Virus record (IMG/VR): IMGVR_UViG_3300031555_004297
Direction: 5' to 3' (one strand)
Length of the DNA stretch: 64,000 nt
Source: a virus
Lineage: Duplodnaviria; Caudoviricetes
In this document: one piece after another, positions 31,009-41,519 of the stretch
Layout: each line of letters begins with the position of its first letter
Position numbering within the stretch: position 1 is the stretch's first letter
Notes under the pieces: generated by a model
Databases searched by the model: none
What the model was told of the DNA's origin: nothing
What the model saw: only the letters and a program-made list of their open reading frames with translations
Made by a program: the position numbers and the translations under genes

Positions 31009-31650
31009 TCAATCCTTATGATCGAGAATAAAGTTTCCAATATTGGTCCAGAGTTCTTCCCAAAGAGAAGGATCTACTTCACTTCTCTTAGTGATCTTAT
31101 CATTGATCATGTCAATGAACTCGATAGCCTCAGTCCAATGATGACTCTTGTTCTGAAGCATGTAGGCCTGTATTTGGGTAAACTCATTAAGAATGCTAGA
31201 CCTTACATCTTCTCTTGCAAGTTCTAGCTTAGCTTCCTTAATGTAGAATCTCATCTTTTCAAATGTTGCAAGAATATCTTCTTTCTTAATAGCAATCTCC
31301 TCGTCCTTTTTATCTTCAAGGACATTGTAACGTTCAACTTCATCCTTGAAATATCCATCAGACAGATCTTCAAAGAGATCGCTGAACATTTCATAGACAA
31401 ACTTACAGATCTTTCCGATCTTAGTTGCGAACTTGAGACACCAGAATACGAACTTAGATTCGATATCAATGGTGACCTGGTTGTTCATTCTTGCAATCTT
31501 GATTGCACCGGTGTCAATTACATCACCATTCTTCATAAGCTCGGAAGTAGGCTCTGTAATATCAATTGTCGAGAGGTCTGTAGTTGTTTCGAGTACGGAT
31601 TCATTGACGGCCTGGATTTCTTCATTTGTGAGGGTAAGGTTGATTTTCAT
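31009..31650 (-). CDS. hypothetical protein
   Basis: 213 aa; AAGGAG; ATATTAT site upstream. Confidence 0.78.
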   Translation of the reverse strand: MKINLTLTNEEIQAVNESVLETTTDLSTIDITEPTSELMKNGDVIDTGAIKIARMNNQVTIDIESKFVFWCLKFATKIGKICKFVYEMFSDLFEDLSDGYFKDEVERYNVLEDKKDEEIAIKKEDILATFEKMRFYIKEAKLELAREDVRSSILNEFTQIQAYMLQNKSHHWTEAIEFIDMINDKITKRSEVDPSLWEELWTNIGNFILDHKD

Positions 31651-31785
31651 TTTTCATTCTCCTTTAAAATATGTAGTATTATGAGCGGATATTTACTTTG
31701 CTCACTATTATAATATCTTATCATTTGTGAAAGCTTTTACGAAATAAAAAAAAAGAAAGAGGGGCAACCCTCTTTCTTTTAAATA

Positions 31786-32349
31786 TCATTCTTCGGTAGA
31801 ATTTACTGCTGCCTTAAGTTCATCTGCTCCCATTAAAGACTGGAACTTGGTATAAAGCTCAAGATATTCAGTTTTATCAATGGTATCTTCGAAATTGGCA
31901 AAACTAATAGCATGTTGAAGAAGTTCGAAGATTGCAACAATAGATGCAATTACATGAAGAACAGTACCAGATTTATCTTCACTATCAGTCTCATTCATCT
32001 TATTATTGATATAGTAACTAATGGTATAGACAGTAGTATCCCAGAGAGCAAGAGCTGTACGAATAGAATTCGTTACAGGAGAATTTTCCACTTTTGCAAA
32101 AATCTTTACTAGCTCACTATCTGAAATAGCATTAGTAATTGTAATAATATTATTTGCATTGTCTATTGTCATAAATAAAGCACGATTCTCAAATCCTACA
32201 GCAAGAACAGTTTGAAGATCTACAAGAAGATCCATATACTCATTATATGCTTTATCGAAAGCCTTTCTAGGCTCTTCATATCTAGTATTGAGTTCATTGA
32301 GAAACTTTTCTATAGTTTCCTCTTGATTGATGTTGTTCTTTTCTTCCAT
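31786..32349 (-). CDS. hypothetical acidic helical protein
   Basis: 187 aa; GGAGG. Confidence 0.75.
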   Translation of the reverse strand: MEEKNNINQEETIEKFLNELNTRYEEPRKAFDKAYNEYMDLLVDLQTVLAVGFENRALFMTIDNANNIITITNAISDSELVKIFAKVENSPVTNSIRTALALWDTTVYTISYYINNKMNETDSEDKSGTVLHVIASIVAIFELLQHAISFANFEDTIDKTEYLELYTKFQSLMGADELKAAVNSTEE

Positions 32350-32369
32350 TGTTTTATTCCTCCATTTAA

Positions 32370-32642
32370 TTAAATTCTATTATCTTGGATCATGACATAG
32401 ACTCCAGGTTTTACTTCTTTAAGTCTATATCCAAATGGAGTTACAACTCCATATCTACAATTATCAGATATATCTGGACGATCATCTTTATTAATCATCA
32501 TAAATCCCATATTAGACTCATTATTATTAGATTCCGATATAGAAATTAAGCCCAATACTTTCTTCGGATTTTCTGTAATACGATTTCTGAAATTATCTAT
32601 ATTTTCAGATCTCTTTTCAATAGCTTTTAATGTATCAACCAT
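32370..32642 (-). CDS. hypothetical protein
   Basis: 90 aa; GGAGG. Confidence 0.7.
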   Translation of the reverse strand: MVDTLKAIEKRSENIDNFRNRITENPKKVLGLISISESNNNESNMGFMMINKDDRPDISDNCRYGVVTPFGYRLKEVKPGVYVMIQDNRI

Positions 32643-32656
32643 AATTTCCTCCGCAC

Positions 32657-32929
32657 TTAAACAAAGTATTCGTATGGTTCACTATCCCACCTAGCTCCAC
32701 AGGTTTGGCAGCTATAATGGTCAATCCTAAAAGATCTGCTTTTAAAAATTCCTTTAGAAAACGTGGAATATGTAGCATTTAAAATACCACCTGGTTTCTT
32801 ATCTTTAGTAAGAGCGTCCATGAATTTTCTAGTTTCACCGCAAACTGGACATTTATCACATCCAATAGAAGCTCTTTCTTTATTTAATTTTTCTTGAGCT
32901 AATTTATCAGCTCCTTTAGTAATTTTCAT
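32657..32929 (-). CDS. zinc-ribbon protein
   Basis: CPVC...CQTC; GGAG. Confidence 0.72.
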   Translation of the reverse strand: MKITKGADKLAQEKLNKERASIGCDKCPVCGETRKFMDALTKDKKPGGILNATYSTFSKGIFKSRSFRIDHYSCQTCGARWDSEPYEYFV

Positions 32930-32982
32930 AATTTCCTCCGTAAATAAAGAGACGAGAGTGTGAGAACTCTCGTCTCTAAATT

Positions 32983-35601
32983 TTATTCAATATCTGCTTT
33001 AGTAATCTTAACCTCTCTGAGAAGCGAAGCCATACTAGAGTCAATACGACGAAGCGTCTCAATTTCTTCTTTAGCACTTTCGATCGTATATCTAATAAGA
33101 GTTCTATCTCCATCAGGTCTAAGAGCAGATACTCCAAGTTGTTCAGGATTCTGTTCACCTAATCCTTTATAACGAGTAAGCCCAGACGGAATCATCTCGT
33201 CAAACTTACACATTAGGGTATAGATGCTAACAGGCTGTCCATTTACTTGATAGAAAAGATCAGTATTTTGTCTAATCATTGTAAGCAAGGGCATACATGC
33301 AGAGATGAATTTATCGTTAATAAAGACATATTGATACTTCGAATTAACAAGTCCTTCAATTCTGATAACACCATTATTTTCAACAATATCAACGAATCTA
33401 TACTGTTTCTTTAATTCGGATCTTAGGGCTTTTGCACTGAAAGAAGGCTTAAAGTAATACGATACAGAAGCTGACAGAGAATCTTCAGTTACAGGAATTT
33501 CATCGAAATTAATTCCATCTTCTTCATCCTCATCAACTTTCTTAGATACAGTAGCCTTTACTTTAGTAGCTGTTTTCTTTTCAGCCGTAGCCTTAGATGC
33601 AGTAGATTTACTTGTGGATGTTTTCTTAGTGGTTGTAGATTTCTTGGCTGCAGCTGCTACTTTAGCTTTTGCTGCCATACTAGCAACAGATGCAGAGTCT
33701 CCAAATTCTACATAATTGCTAAGGTAATACAATACCGTTTCAAGCAAATCCGGATCAATTGCAAACGTACTTGCTACAAATTCCATTTGGTCTTTATAAT
33801 CTATATTCTTGAAGAATAGATTTGTAGTCTCGGCATTACTAAGTTTACGACCAGTTGAATCTGCAAGAGTATAGGTGTGAGCAAATAGATTTTGCACATA
33901 CTTTGTGAAATCGAGTTTTGTAGTAAAGTACTTATTTCCACCTTTGGATTTAATACCAAATAATGGAGGTACTGCACGATATACTTTTCCTGCCGAGATA
34001 AGTTCTGGTAAATACATAAGAAAGAATCTCAGTAGCAGTGTATCGATGTGAGCCCCATCGGGGTCTGCATCAGCTAGGAAGATAATCTTATCAAACTTAA
34101 CTTTATCAAGCTCAAAATTCTTACCATATCCTCCACCGATAATTGTGATAATAGAGGCAATTTCCTGATTGGCCAAAAACGTAGCACGACTAGTCTTATA
34201 TGCATTCGGAATTTTACCTCTAATTGGGAATATGCCCTGAACTTTAGCATCTCTACTATTTCTAGCAGAGCCCAAAGCGGAATCTCCCTCTACTATGATC
34301 AATTCAAGATTTTTATTTCCCGAAGGAGCTACGTACTTCTTAGGTTTACCTGTCAAAGCACTAGCTTCATAGTTATTTGAAAGCTTGATCTTGCTATCAT
34401 CGCTCTTAGAGCGAATCTCAGCAATTTCTTTGATACATTTACAAACTTTCTGTAAATCTCCAGGAGAGGTTTTGGCCCACTCTTCAAGAGATTTTGTAGT
34501 AAGTTCTTTAATATATTTATGCATATCATCATTTGACAGCAATCCCTTAAACTGTCCTGCAAAGACAGGATTTAAATGAGCTGCTGCAATGACAACTTTA
34601 AGACCAGTTTTTACGTCATTATTAATGACACTAATCTTAGATTTCTCCCCCAAGTAGATTTTATTCATATAATTACGGAAGTAATTACAAACTGCTTCCA
34701 TAAATCCATCTACATGAGTACCACCAGTTGTAGGAGTAAAGTTAGCATAACTAACAATATCCTCCATCTCTGTTAAAGCATCAGCATCATATGTGAATGC
34801 TACTTCTGCTTTCATTTCTCCAGTATCGTCTTGGAAGTGTACAGGAGTTACAATAGGTTTACGAGTTCTCATCATAAGAGAAGTAATGATACCATCTTTA
34901 TTGACAAGCTCCTCGTGATATTTTACTTTACCATTAATATCAATACCTACAAAATCAATTTGATCTCCAATATTGACTAATGGATATACTTTAAGAACAA
35001 GATCTAAGATATCTTCACATGTAAGATGGATATCTTCGAGAACCGAAAGATCTGGTTCCATAGTAATAGTTGTTCCTTGACGCCCAGCTGGACAGGGGAT
35101 ATCAAGCTCTCCTTTATCCCATACATTACCAGAGTCAAAATGAACGTGCTTAGCTCTGCCAAGCACATAAGATTTAATATCAAACGTTTTAGACAGTGCC
35201 ATAGCAACACCAGAACCTACACCATGAACTCCAGACGTATATTCACCTTTTTTCTTAGTATAGTTAGAACTGGTATGTTGGCTTGCATATATAGTAATAA
35301 TCTGACCATGAGGAATTCCTCTACCAGTATCTTCAATTATAGCTCCTTGAGTTTGCTCATTGAACGTAATCTTGACATAATGGCATGGGGATTCTTTTCT
35401 AATCATTTCATCAACAGAGTTCTGAAAGATTTCTCTGATACAAGCTTTCCATCCAGCCGGTCCTTTAGAACCAATATACATTCCTGGAAAGCGTCGAATC
35501 GCTTCTGTAAAGGAGTCGATGTGCTCTATTTTATCTCCATAATTCTTTATGCTCTCTTCAAAGTCGTTGAGAGGTTCAGAAATGACTTGTTTCTTTGCCA
35601 T
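32983..35601 (-). CDS. gyrB: type IIA topoisomerase subunit B (GyrB/ParE-like)
   Basis: RRFPGMYIG, EIFQNSVDE, DTGRGIP, GVHGVG, VEGDSA, PIRGK, DADPDG, RYKGLGE. Confidence 0.94.
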   Translation of the reverse strand: MAKKQVISEPLNDFEESIKNYGDKIEHIDSFTEAIRRFPGMYIGSKGPAGWKACIREIFQNSVDEMIRKESPCHYVKITFNEQTQGAIIEDTGRGIPHGQIITIYASQHTSSNYTKKKGEYTSGVHGVGSGVAMALSKTFDIKSYVLGRAKHVHFDSGNVWDKGELDIPCPAGRQGTTITMEPDLSVLEDIHLTCEDILDLVLKVYPLVNIGDQIDFVGIDINGKVKYHEELVNKDGIITSLMMRTRKPIVTPVHFQDDTGEMKAEVAFTYDADALTEMEDIVSYANFTPTTGGTHVDGFMEAVCNYFRNYMNKIYLGEKSKISVINNDVKTGLKVVIAAAHLNPVFAGQFKGLLSNDDMHKYIKELTTKSLEEWAKTSPGDLQKVCKCIKEIAEIRSKSDDSKIKLSNNYEASALTGKPKKYVAPSGNKNLELIIVEGDSALGSARNSRDAKVQGIFPIRGKIPNAYKTSRATFLANQEIASIITIIGGGYGKNFELDKVKFDKIIFLADADPDGAHIDTLLLRFFLMYLPELISAGKVYRAVPPLFGIKSKGGNKYFTTKLDFTKYVQNLFAHTYTLADSTGRKLSNAETTNLFFKNIDYKDQMEFVASTFAIDPDLLETVLYYLSNYVEFGDSASVASMAAKAKVAAAAKKSTTTKKTSTSKSTASKATAEKKTATKVKATVSKKVDEDEEDGINFDEIPVTEDSLSASVSYYFKPSFSAKALRSELKKQYRFVDIVENNGVIRIEGLVNSKYQYVFINDKFISACMPLLTMIRQNTDLFYQVNGQPVSIYTLMCKFDEMIPSGLTRYKGLGEQNPEQLGVSALRPDGDRTLIRYTIESAKEEIETLRRIDSSMASLLREVKITKADIE

Positions 35602-35652
35602 GTTGATTAATCCTCCTTTTCTATTATTCTTTTGTTATTGAAGCATTAGATT

Positions 35653-35958
35653 CTAAATTATCCATGGATCTGTGACCATTACAAGACAATATGACAGATG
35701 TGCTATCATATGTTTACATATCTCTTCATTGGAACAGTACTTACCCTGAAATATTTCAATAATGCAAATCATACGATTATTGAGTATATCTCTTAGAGTA
35801 ATATCTTCTACCTCTTCCAAGATATATGTTTTTAAACTCTCTAGCTTAGATCGTATTGCCATTCTCTTATTCTTTGGAATTAGTTCCTCATAATGTGAAG
35901 CGCAATAAGATATCAACCAAGTTAATTCTCTTACAAGTTTCTTTTCAGACATTTTCAT
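35653..35958 (-). CDS. hypothetical protein
   Basis: About 100 aa; AAGGAG nearby; start codon uncertain. Confidence 0.62.
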   Translation of the reverse strand: MKMSEKKLVRELTWLISYCASHYEELIPKNKRMAIRSKLESLKTYILEEVEDITLRDILNNRMICIIEIFQGKYCSNEEICKHMIAHLSYCLVMVTDPWII

Positions 35959-36092
35959 TCTCCTTAGAAATTTATTTGTAGTTTATACACAATTATAATA
36001 TGCAACTAAAAATAAAAATAGGAGTTCATGAAACAAGAGGTAGGCAGTCATTATAGACTGCCTACCTCTATGTGGTGGTGTTTCATTATTTC

Positions 36093-36914
36093 TTAGACGT
36101 TGAAGACCTGCTGCTGCTGAACCTCGGCCTGCTGAGGAGCAGGAGCTGCAGCGGGTGCTACAGGCGCTGCAGGAGCCATTCCGGGCATTACACCAGGAGC
36201 AGGAGCTGCTGCAGGAGCGGGAACATTCATGGGCTGACCGTAAGCCATAGGATTAGCACCATAAGCTACGGGCTGAGCGCCATAGTTCATCATAGGCTGC
36301 TGTGCACCATATACAGGAGCCTGAGGAGCTACACCATAACCAGCGGGAACCTGACCATAGCCGGCAGGAACGCCACCCATGTAGGGATTAGTCATGAGCT
36401 GGTTGATAGCTGCAAATCCAGAGTAACCGATAGGATACTGATTCATTGCAGGATTGTAGCCGTCATACTGTGCAAAGTTGCGCATAGCATGGTTCCAGAG
36501 CTTCGGAAGCTTCTCGAGAAGCGGAATCATCTGGAAATACTGAACGATAAGTTCATCGGGAGCATCAAGATATACGGTCTTGCAGGTCTGAAGAGCATCG
36601 ATAATGTTAGATACCGCTGCTTCTACATCAGCCGGGCTAAGATCGCACAGCTTGAAGGTTTTGTGACAGATAGAACAAGTGAAAGTTCCGTCCTCATTTG
36701 CTCTGAGAGCACTCTGGCCGGTCTTTTCCTTGTGAGTACAAGCGGCTGCCCAGAGCTCTTCCTGGGTCACCTTCATATCAAACGCCTCACTATTGGTACG
36801 CAGCTTCTGAATCTGCTCCTGTGTAAGCGGCTGAGTATTACGTGCCTGGGGACGAGCTACTCCGTAGCCAAAGCCATACTGATTGGTACTCTCGGGATTG
36901 TTGTAGGTGAACAT
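36093..36914 (-). CDS. protein with a zinc-binding N-domain and a low-complexity Q/P/A/Y/G C-terminus
   Basis: CTH...CSIC; AYG and PAAAP repeats; AGGAGG; AACT-N6-TA promoter at 36979-36990. Confidence 0.85.
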   Translation of the reverse strand: MFTYNNPESTNQYGFGYGVARPQARNTQPLTQEQIQKLRTNSEAFDMKVTQEELWAAACTHKEKTGQSALRANEDGTFTCSICHKTFKLCDLSPADVEAAVSNIIDALQTCKTVYLDAPDELIVQYFQMIPLLEKLPKLWNHAMRNFAQYDGYNPAMNQYPIGYSGFAAINQLMTNPYMGGVPAGYGQVPAGYGVAPQAPVYGAQQPMMNYGAQPVAYGANPMAYGQPMNVPAPAAAPAPGVMPGMAPAAPVAPAAAPAPQQAEVQQQQVFNV

Positions 36915-37147
36915 TGTTTTTCCTCCTAAAATTTGTTTTTATTTTTTTTTGATTTACTCCTATTAAGAGATTCTCAATTACAAATAAGTTGTCACCAAAT
37001 TAAAATGTAATCTTGAAACTTTAATACTTGTATATCGAGGTCACCATTATAATATACTGTTATTTTTTAGTTTAGTATATCATTTTTTATCATAATTAGG
37101 AAACCTAAAAGTACGGGTTTTTAACCCGTACTTTTATAGTTAGTTCA

Positions 37148-38587
37148 TTATTCAGAAACAACAGAATATCTCTTTGTAACAGCATTATACTTAGCAGTAT
37201 AACCTTCTGCAAGATAATCCGCAAGGATTTCAGTATTGAATCTTCCTCCAGAGATATTGACATTCTCCTTAGCTTCTTCAGGATTGATGACTCCATCCTT
37301 TGTATAGGATTCAAATGCCTTACCATTATCAGAGATAAATTCTCCGCCTGTAATAGTAACCTTCGGATAACCTCCAGGATATCCACAGAAGTCTGCAGTA
37401 ATAGCATCTCCAGTTTCATTAGTACCATTATTATTGAATTCATATACAGCATGAGGTCCAATAGCATGGATCTTTGTAGCTCCAGAGATGTTAAGCTCTC
37501 CTGCTTTAATATAGATACCATTTCCTCCAGTAATAGTAGCATCAGAAATATTCAAAATGCCCTTTTGAGGATGATAGATAGCACTGACATCGCTACCGCA
37601 AGTAATTGTACCACCGATGATATTAATAGTAACACCGGCATCGATGCCATTTCCTTGAATAGCTCCAAAGTCCTTACTATCTGTAATAAGATCTGCAGCT
37701 GTAGTGACAACAGTTCCTTCTCCACGGCAGAATACACAAGGACCGCCATTAGATTTAACTGTTACTCCAGCTCCAAGAGTAAGATTTGCTACTCCATCTT
37801 TAGACTGAGCTCTAAATGCTATACCATCGGTTTCAATAGTTCCCTCGCCATCAATTACAAGCGAACCAGAATTGATAGTGAATACAGGATCGGTTGCAGA
37901 CTTTCTATTAGTTGCTTTAATAGTATTACCTGCCAAATTAATCTTCGCAGTAGCTCCAGATGTAAATACTGCAACATCCTCAGTATCAAGTGCTACATCC
38001 TCTGTTAAAGTAAGCTCTGCACCATCCTGAAGATCAAGAATAGCTTCTTTCATAGATCCATAAGAAGCAGTTGTTCCATCCGCTTTCTTGACTTTAACCT
38101 TAGTAGCCACATACTCCTCACGCTCAATTCTCTTATGAGGCATGGGAATAACTGTAGGATTGGTTTTGAAGAAGGGCTCGGCTTCACGAGGCTGCTGTGC
38201 CTGCATCTGGTTCGAGCGAGCTCTAGTATATTCGATAATAAATTTCTTCTTTTCTTCGCTAAGAAGATCTGCAAGGAATCCCTCATTCAAGAACTTCTCG
38301 AAATTTTCCTGAGAAAATACGCCTTCAATTTTCTGAATAATAGAGAAATCTGTAGAAAGAACCTTAATAGGGAAGCTTGCTTGCGCATTCATGTCCTCAT
38401 TCACAAAGATAGCATGAATAAGCTGTTTCTCCTCATCAAGGATGACACAATCCTTAGAGGTTACGAGATCGATATCTCCATCAAGAATATACCTAATATA
38501 TTCTGAAATGGTCGATGCACGTCCATCGGGCCTATTAGCAGCCTTCAGATATGCTTCGACAATAAGTTTAATTTGTTCGGGTGTCAT
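37148..38587 (-). CDS. protein with a C-terminal right-handed beta-helix (pectin-lyase-like) domain
   Basis: Repeating I-x-GG-T-I and G-x-L-x-I strands; ends ISGGRF...YLAEGY. Confidence 0.72.
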   Translation of the reverse strand: MTPEQIKLIVEAYLKAANRPDGRASTISEYIRYILDGDIDLVTSKDCVILDEEKQLIHAIFVNEDMNAQASFPIKVLSTDFSIIQKIEGVFSQENFEKFLNEGFLADLLSEEKKKFIIEYTRARSNQMQAQQPREAEPFFKTNPTVIPMPHKRIEREEYVATKVKVKKADGTTASYGSMKEAILDLQDGAELTLTEDVALDTEDVAVFTSGATAKINLAGNTIKATNRKSATDPVFTINSGSLVIDGEGTIETDGIAFRAQSKDGVANLTLGAGVTVKSNGGPCVFCRGEGTVVTTAADLITDSKDFGAIQGNGIDAGVTINIIGGTITCGSDVSAIYHPQKGILNISDATITGGNGIYIKAGELNISGATKIHAIGPHAVYEFNNNGTNETGDAITADFCGYPGGYPKVTITGGEFISDNGKAFESYTKDGVINPEEAKENVNISGGRFNTEILADYLAEGYTAKYNAVTKRYSVVSE

Positions 38588-38684
38588 TAAGTAAACCTCC
38601 TTAATTTATTTAAAAAACTAAATAGGCTGAACGAATACAGCACTGGACTTATGAGAGCCCAGTGCTGTATCTCATACATCTTAT

Positions 38685-39074
38685 TTAGATGTTGTACTTA
38701 TATTTCGGCAACTTATTAACCAGATTATACAGAAATCCTGTATCTCCGGTCGTTGCGATGCATCCAAGGACCTCATGAATCAGGTTATAAGCATCAACCT
38801 TCTTCTGGTCATTGAATCTAAGAGCAACTACTCTAGGATCATCACATGATCCATAAGCATATGCCATAGCATTCACATGTACCTGTGCATCAAATAATCT
38901 CTTCTCAACTTCCATAATAGTTGCATTTACGAAAGTGATGTCTCTGAAAACATGTCCATCGTTGTACATGTTGAAATTTCCAAAAGCAATATTTCTGATT
39001 AAACGCATGCCTTCATTGGCCATCGTTTTGGTATTGCTCATTGGGTCTTTCGGTCTTCCATTCTTTTTTGCCAT
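38685..39074 (-). CDS. hypothetical protein
   Basis: 129 aa; AAGGAG. Confidence 0.78.
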   Translation of the reverse strand: MAKKNGRPKDPMSNTKTMANEGMRLIRNIAFGNFNMYNDGHVFRDITFVNATIMEVEKRLFDAQVHVNAMAYAYGSCDDPRVVALRFNDQKKVDAYNLIHEVLGCIATTGDTGFLYNLVNKLPKYKYNI

Positions 39075-39138
39075 AATATTTATTCTCCTTTACGTGAATT
39101 AATTTTTATTATTACATGATTATATTATATAATCAAAT

Positions 39139-39738
39139 TTAGATATTAACCCCTGAATTTCCATCACTATTCCAGTTATTAAACATACGTTCTCTTCTCA
39201 TAGATTCCTCCATCATCTGACGGTATTCCTGTTGTTCAGGTGTCAAATAATTTTGAAGATCTGAGAGCATTGTATTAGGGTCATCTGGGATAGGTGTAGT
39301 GTTGAAATCCTCAATATCGAAGGGGTCATTGGAGTAGTACTCGCTGACCGAAATACAGAAAGAATATATACTTAAACAATCCTCAAGTGCCATAAGAAAG
39401 TACTTTCTGTCACCCGTTTTTGTTTCAGTCTGTTTAGTTTCTGTAATAACCCTCGATCTGTGAATATCTACATTAACTCCGGAAATAAGTTTTTCTTTGA
39501 TATCATTATATGCTTCGGTACGACCAATTCTCACAGAATAAATATTCTCATGCATCGTATCATCATTATCATCGATATCAATTTTATAAAGAATAATATA
39601 AATTTTCTCTTCAATGCCTTTTGTCTTGACATCGAAGTCCATTGGTTTAATGAGGCCATTTTCAGGATTAACCTGTTGAGGATTTGGCTTCTCATCAAAT
39701 ATCATTGGTTCAATTAGATGCTTAGTCTCTTCAGCCAT
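39139..39738 (-). CDS. hypothetical protein with two N-terminal PMxF motifs
   Basis: AGGAGG before MAEET; LIEPMIF and LIKPMDF. Confidence 0.78.
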   Translation of the reverse strand: MAEETKHLIEPMIFDEKPNPQQVNPENGLIKPMDFDVKTKGIEEKIYIILYKIDIDDNDDTMHENIYSVRIGRTEAYNDIKEKLISGVNVDIHRSRVITETKQTETKTGDRKYFLMALEDCLSIYSFCISVSEYYSNDPFDIEDFNTTPIPDDPNTMLSDLQNYLTPEQQEYRQMMEESMRRERMFNNWNSDGNSGVNI

Positions 39739-40027
39739 CTCTTCTCCTCCTTGATTTAGCATATTCTACAATAGAAAATGCATGTCGTTTAATTCCAACA
39801 GCTTTATAGTCTTTTGATAATTCTTCTTTTGCATAATTATACATACGACTATTTATATCTAATGGGTTTGAATGAGGAAGGATAAGAATAATATCTTCAT
39901 CATTAGTTTTATTTGTCATTTCATATCTTGCTAAGAGTATTGCATCGGATTCTATTGTAATATACTCATACAAAACCTGAAATGTACACTCTTTCATATT
40001 AAGTTTTACAATATCATACATAATCAA
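39731..40027 (-). CDS. hypothetical protein
   Basis: 98 aa, in operon; GGAGG. Confidence 0.68.
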   Translation of the reverse strand: MIMYDIVKLNMKECTFQVLYEYITIESDAILLARYEMTNKTNDEDIILILPHSNPLDINSRMYNYAKEELSKDYKAVGIKRHAFSIVEYAKSRRRRDG

Positions 40028-40028
40028 A

Positions 40029-40289
40029 TTACCTCCCTACAGTAAAGATAAAATGTATAAGTTTGATGAACCAATAGAAAATACTAAAGATTGGGCAAAG
40101 CATATTAAATAGAATTGTAAGAAACATGCATCCAATAATATTAACTTCGAATTCTTCATATATCCAAATTGGGCTTAATAAAGAAGTTTTGTCGAAAGGT
40201 CTATATCTATTGGTCCAAATAATACAAAGCGCTAGACCACCAAATATATTCCATACGACTAATAAAGCTATATGCCATGGTAAAATCAT
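40029..40289 (-). CDS. small membrane protein (two transmembrane segments)
   Basis: Two hydrophobic stretches; AGGAGG. Confidence 0.7.
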   Translation of the reverse strand: MILPWHIALLVVWNIFGGLALCIIWTNRYRPFDKTSLLSPIWIYEEFEVNIIGCMFLTILFNMLCPIFSIFYWFIKLIHFIFTVGR

Positions 40290-40301
40290 TTTTTTTCCTC
40301 C

Positions 40302-41519
40302 TTAAAAGTATTTACGATTCTTTTTTACATAAATACACTTATTTGAGAACCTACTTAGTGCCGTATAGTGAAGCTGATTATTATTACTAGGCAGATACTC
40401 TTCAAAGTAAACTCCTGTTCTCCATTGAGATCCTTGAGCTGTATGAACAGTCTGTACATAACCATACTCAAATGCTTCACCATAGCAATAGTTGAAGTTC
40501 TTCATATCTTTGCGTTTATCATGTTCAGATATAAAATACTCCTTATCAATAGGAATATCTATAAATGGTACATTGCTAAGATCTGGCATGAAGTCTATCT
40601 TAAATGATCTTCCATCATCAGAAAAGGATCCAGGACCTGGCTGGTTTAGAACCCTTCCGGTTAGACCATTTGTAAGATTAATACCTCCAGCCTCCATACG
40701 CCAATCATTTACTTTACAAATTAGCTTTTCTCCTTTATCGGGAAAAATACTCTTCTTGCCAAGAATTTGATGGCGCATCATTCTTGTATATTTATCTCTT
40801 GTTTCATTTCTCCCACAGAGCATAACTCCAGCTCTAGGAAGAATTGCATGAGCAATTCCATCAAATTCTTTTTCTTCCATTACGATAACCTCATTTCCAT
40901 AAGTACCACAATGGATAGGAAGTCCTTGTTTTGCTCTTTGGCAGAGATATATAATAGCAGATCCTTTAAACTGACGCATAATTTCATGCAATACATAAAC
41001 TTTACCTTCAGTAAGAAATGCTGGATGGTCACTTACAGGCGGAAGCTGATCTAGATCTCCAGCTACAAGGATCTTTTTGCCCAGCTTCAATAAATCTTTT
41101 CTCATAGAAAAAGGTACAGTCCCAGCCTCATCTATTACTATAAGATCAATATCGGGCAAATCTCTAAGAATTCTTTTATAACGAACTTCTGGCCTATCAA
41201 AATATTTATTCATGATGATTTTACCATTAGAATCACGCAAAGGAACTTCTACATTGTCATAAATCCATGAATGAATAGTTTTAGCATTTGACAGACCTTT
41301 AAGTCTCATATTTATAGCGGCTGCTCCGACATAAGCCATCGGAGCAACACGCTCTCTATCGATACCTATAGCATCAATAATTGCATCCATAACAACCGAT
41401 TTACCGGTTCCAGGATTTCCAGCATATTGAAATATCTGTTCAGATGAATCATGGTACCACTTAACAGCCTCATTTACAATATACTGCTGATGATCTGTTA
41501 ATGCGAACCTTCTTCTCAT
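40302..41519 (-). CDS. SF1B helicase (Dda/RecD-like)
   Basis: GNPGTGKS, TIHS, IDEAG, GDLDQLPPV, RQ, TVHTAQGSQW, YTALSR. Confidence 0.92.
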   Translation of the reverse strand: MRRRFALTDHQQYIVNEAVKWYHDSSEQIFQYAGNPGTGKSVVMDAIIDAIGIDRERVAPMAYVGAAAINMRLKGLSNAKTIHSWIYDNVEVPLRDSNGKIIMNKYFDRPEVRYKRILRDLPDIDLIVIDEAGTVPFSMRKDLLKLGKKILVAGDLDQLPPVSDHPAFLTEGKVYVLHEIMRQFKGSAIIYLCQRAKQGLPIHCGTYGNEVIVMEEKEFDGIAHAILPRAGVMLCGRNETRDKYTRMMRHQILGKKSIFPDKGEKLICKVNDWRMEAGGINLTNGLTGRVLNQPGPGSFSDDGRSFKIDFMPDLSNVPFIDIPIDKEYFISEHDKRKDMKNFNYCYGEAFEYGYVQTVHTAQGSQWRTGVYFEEYLPSNNNQLHYTALSRFSNKCIYVKKNRKYF

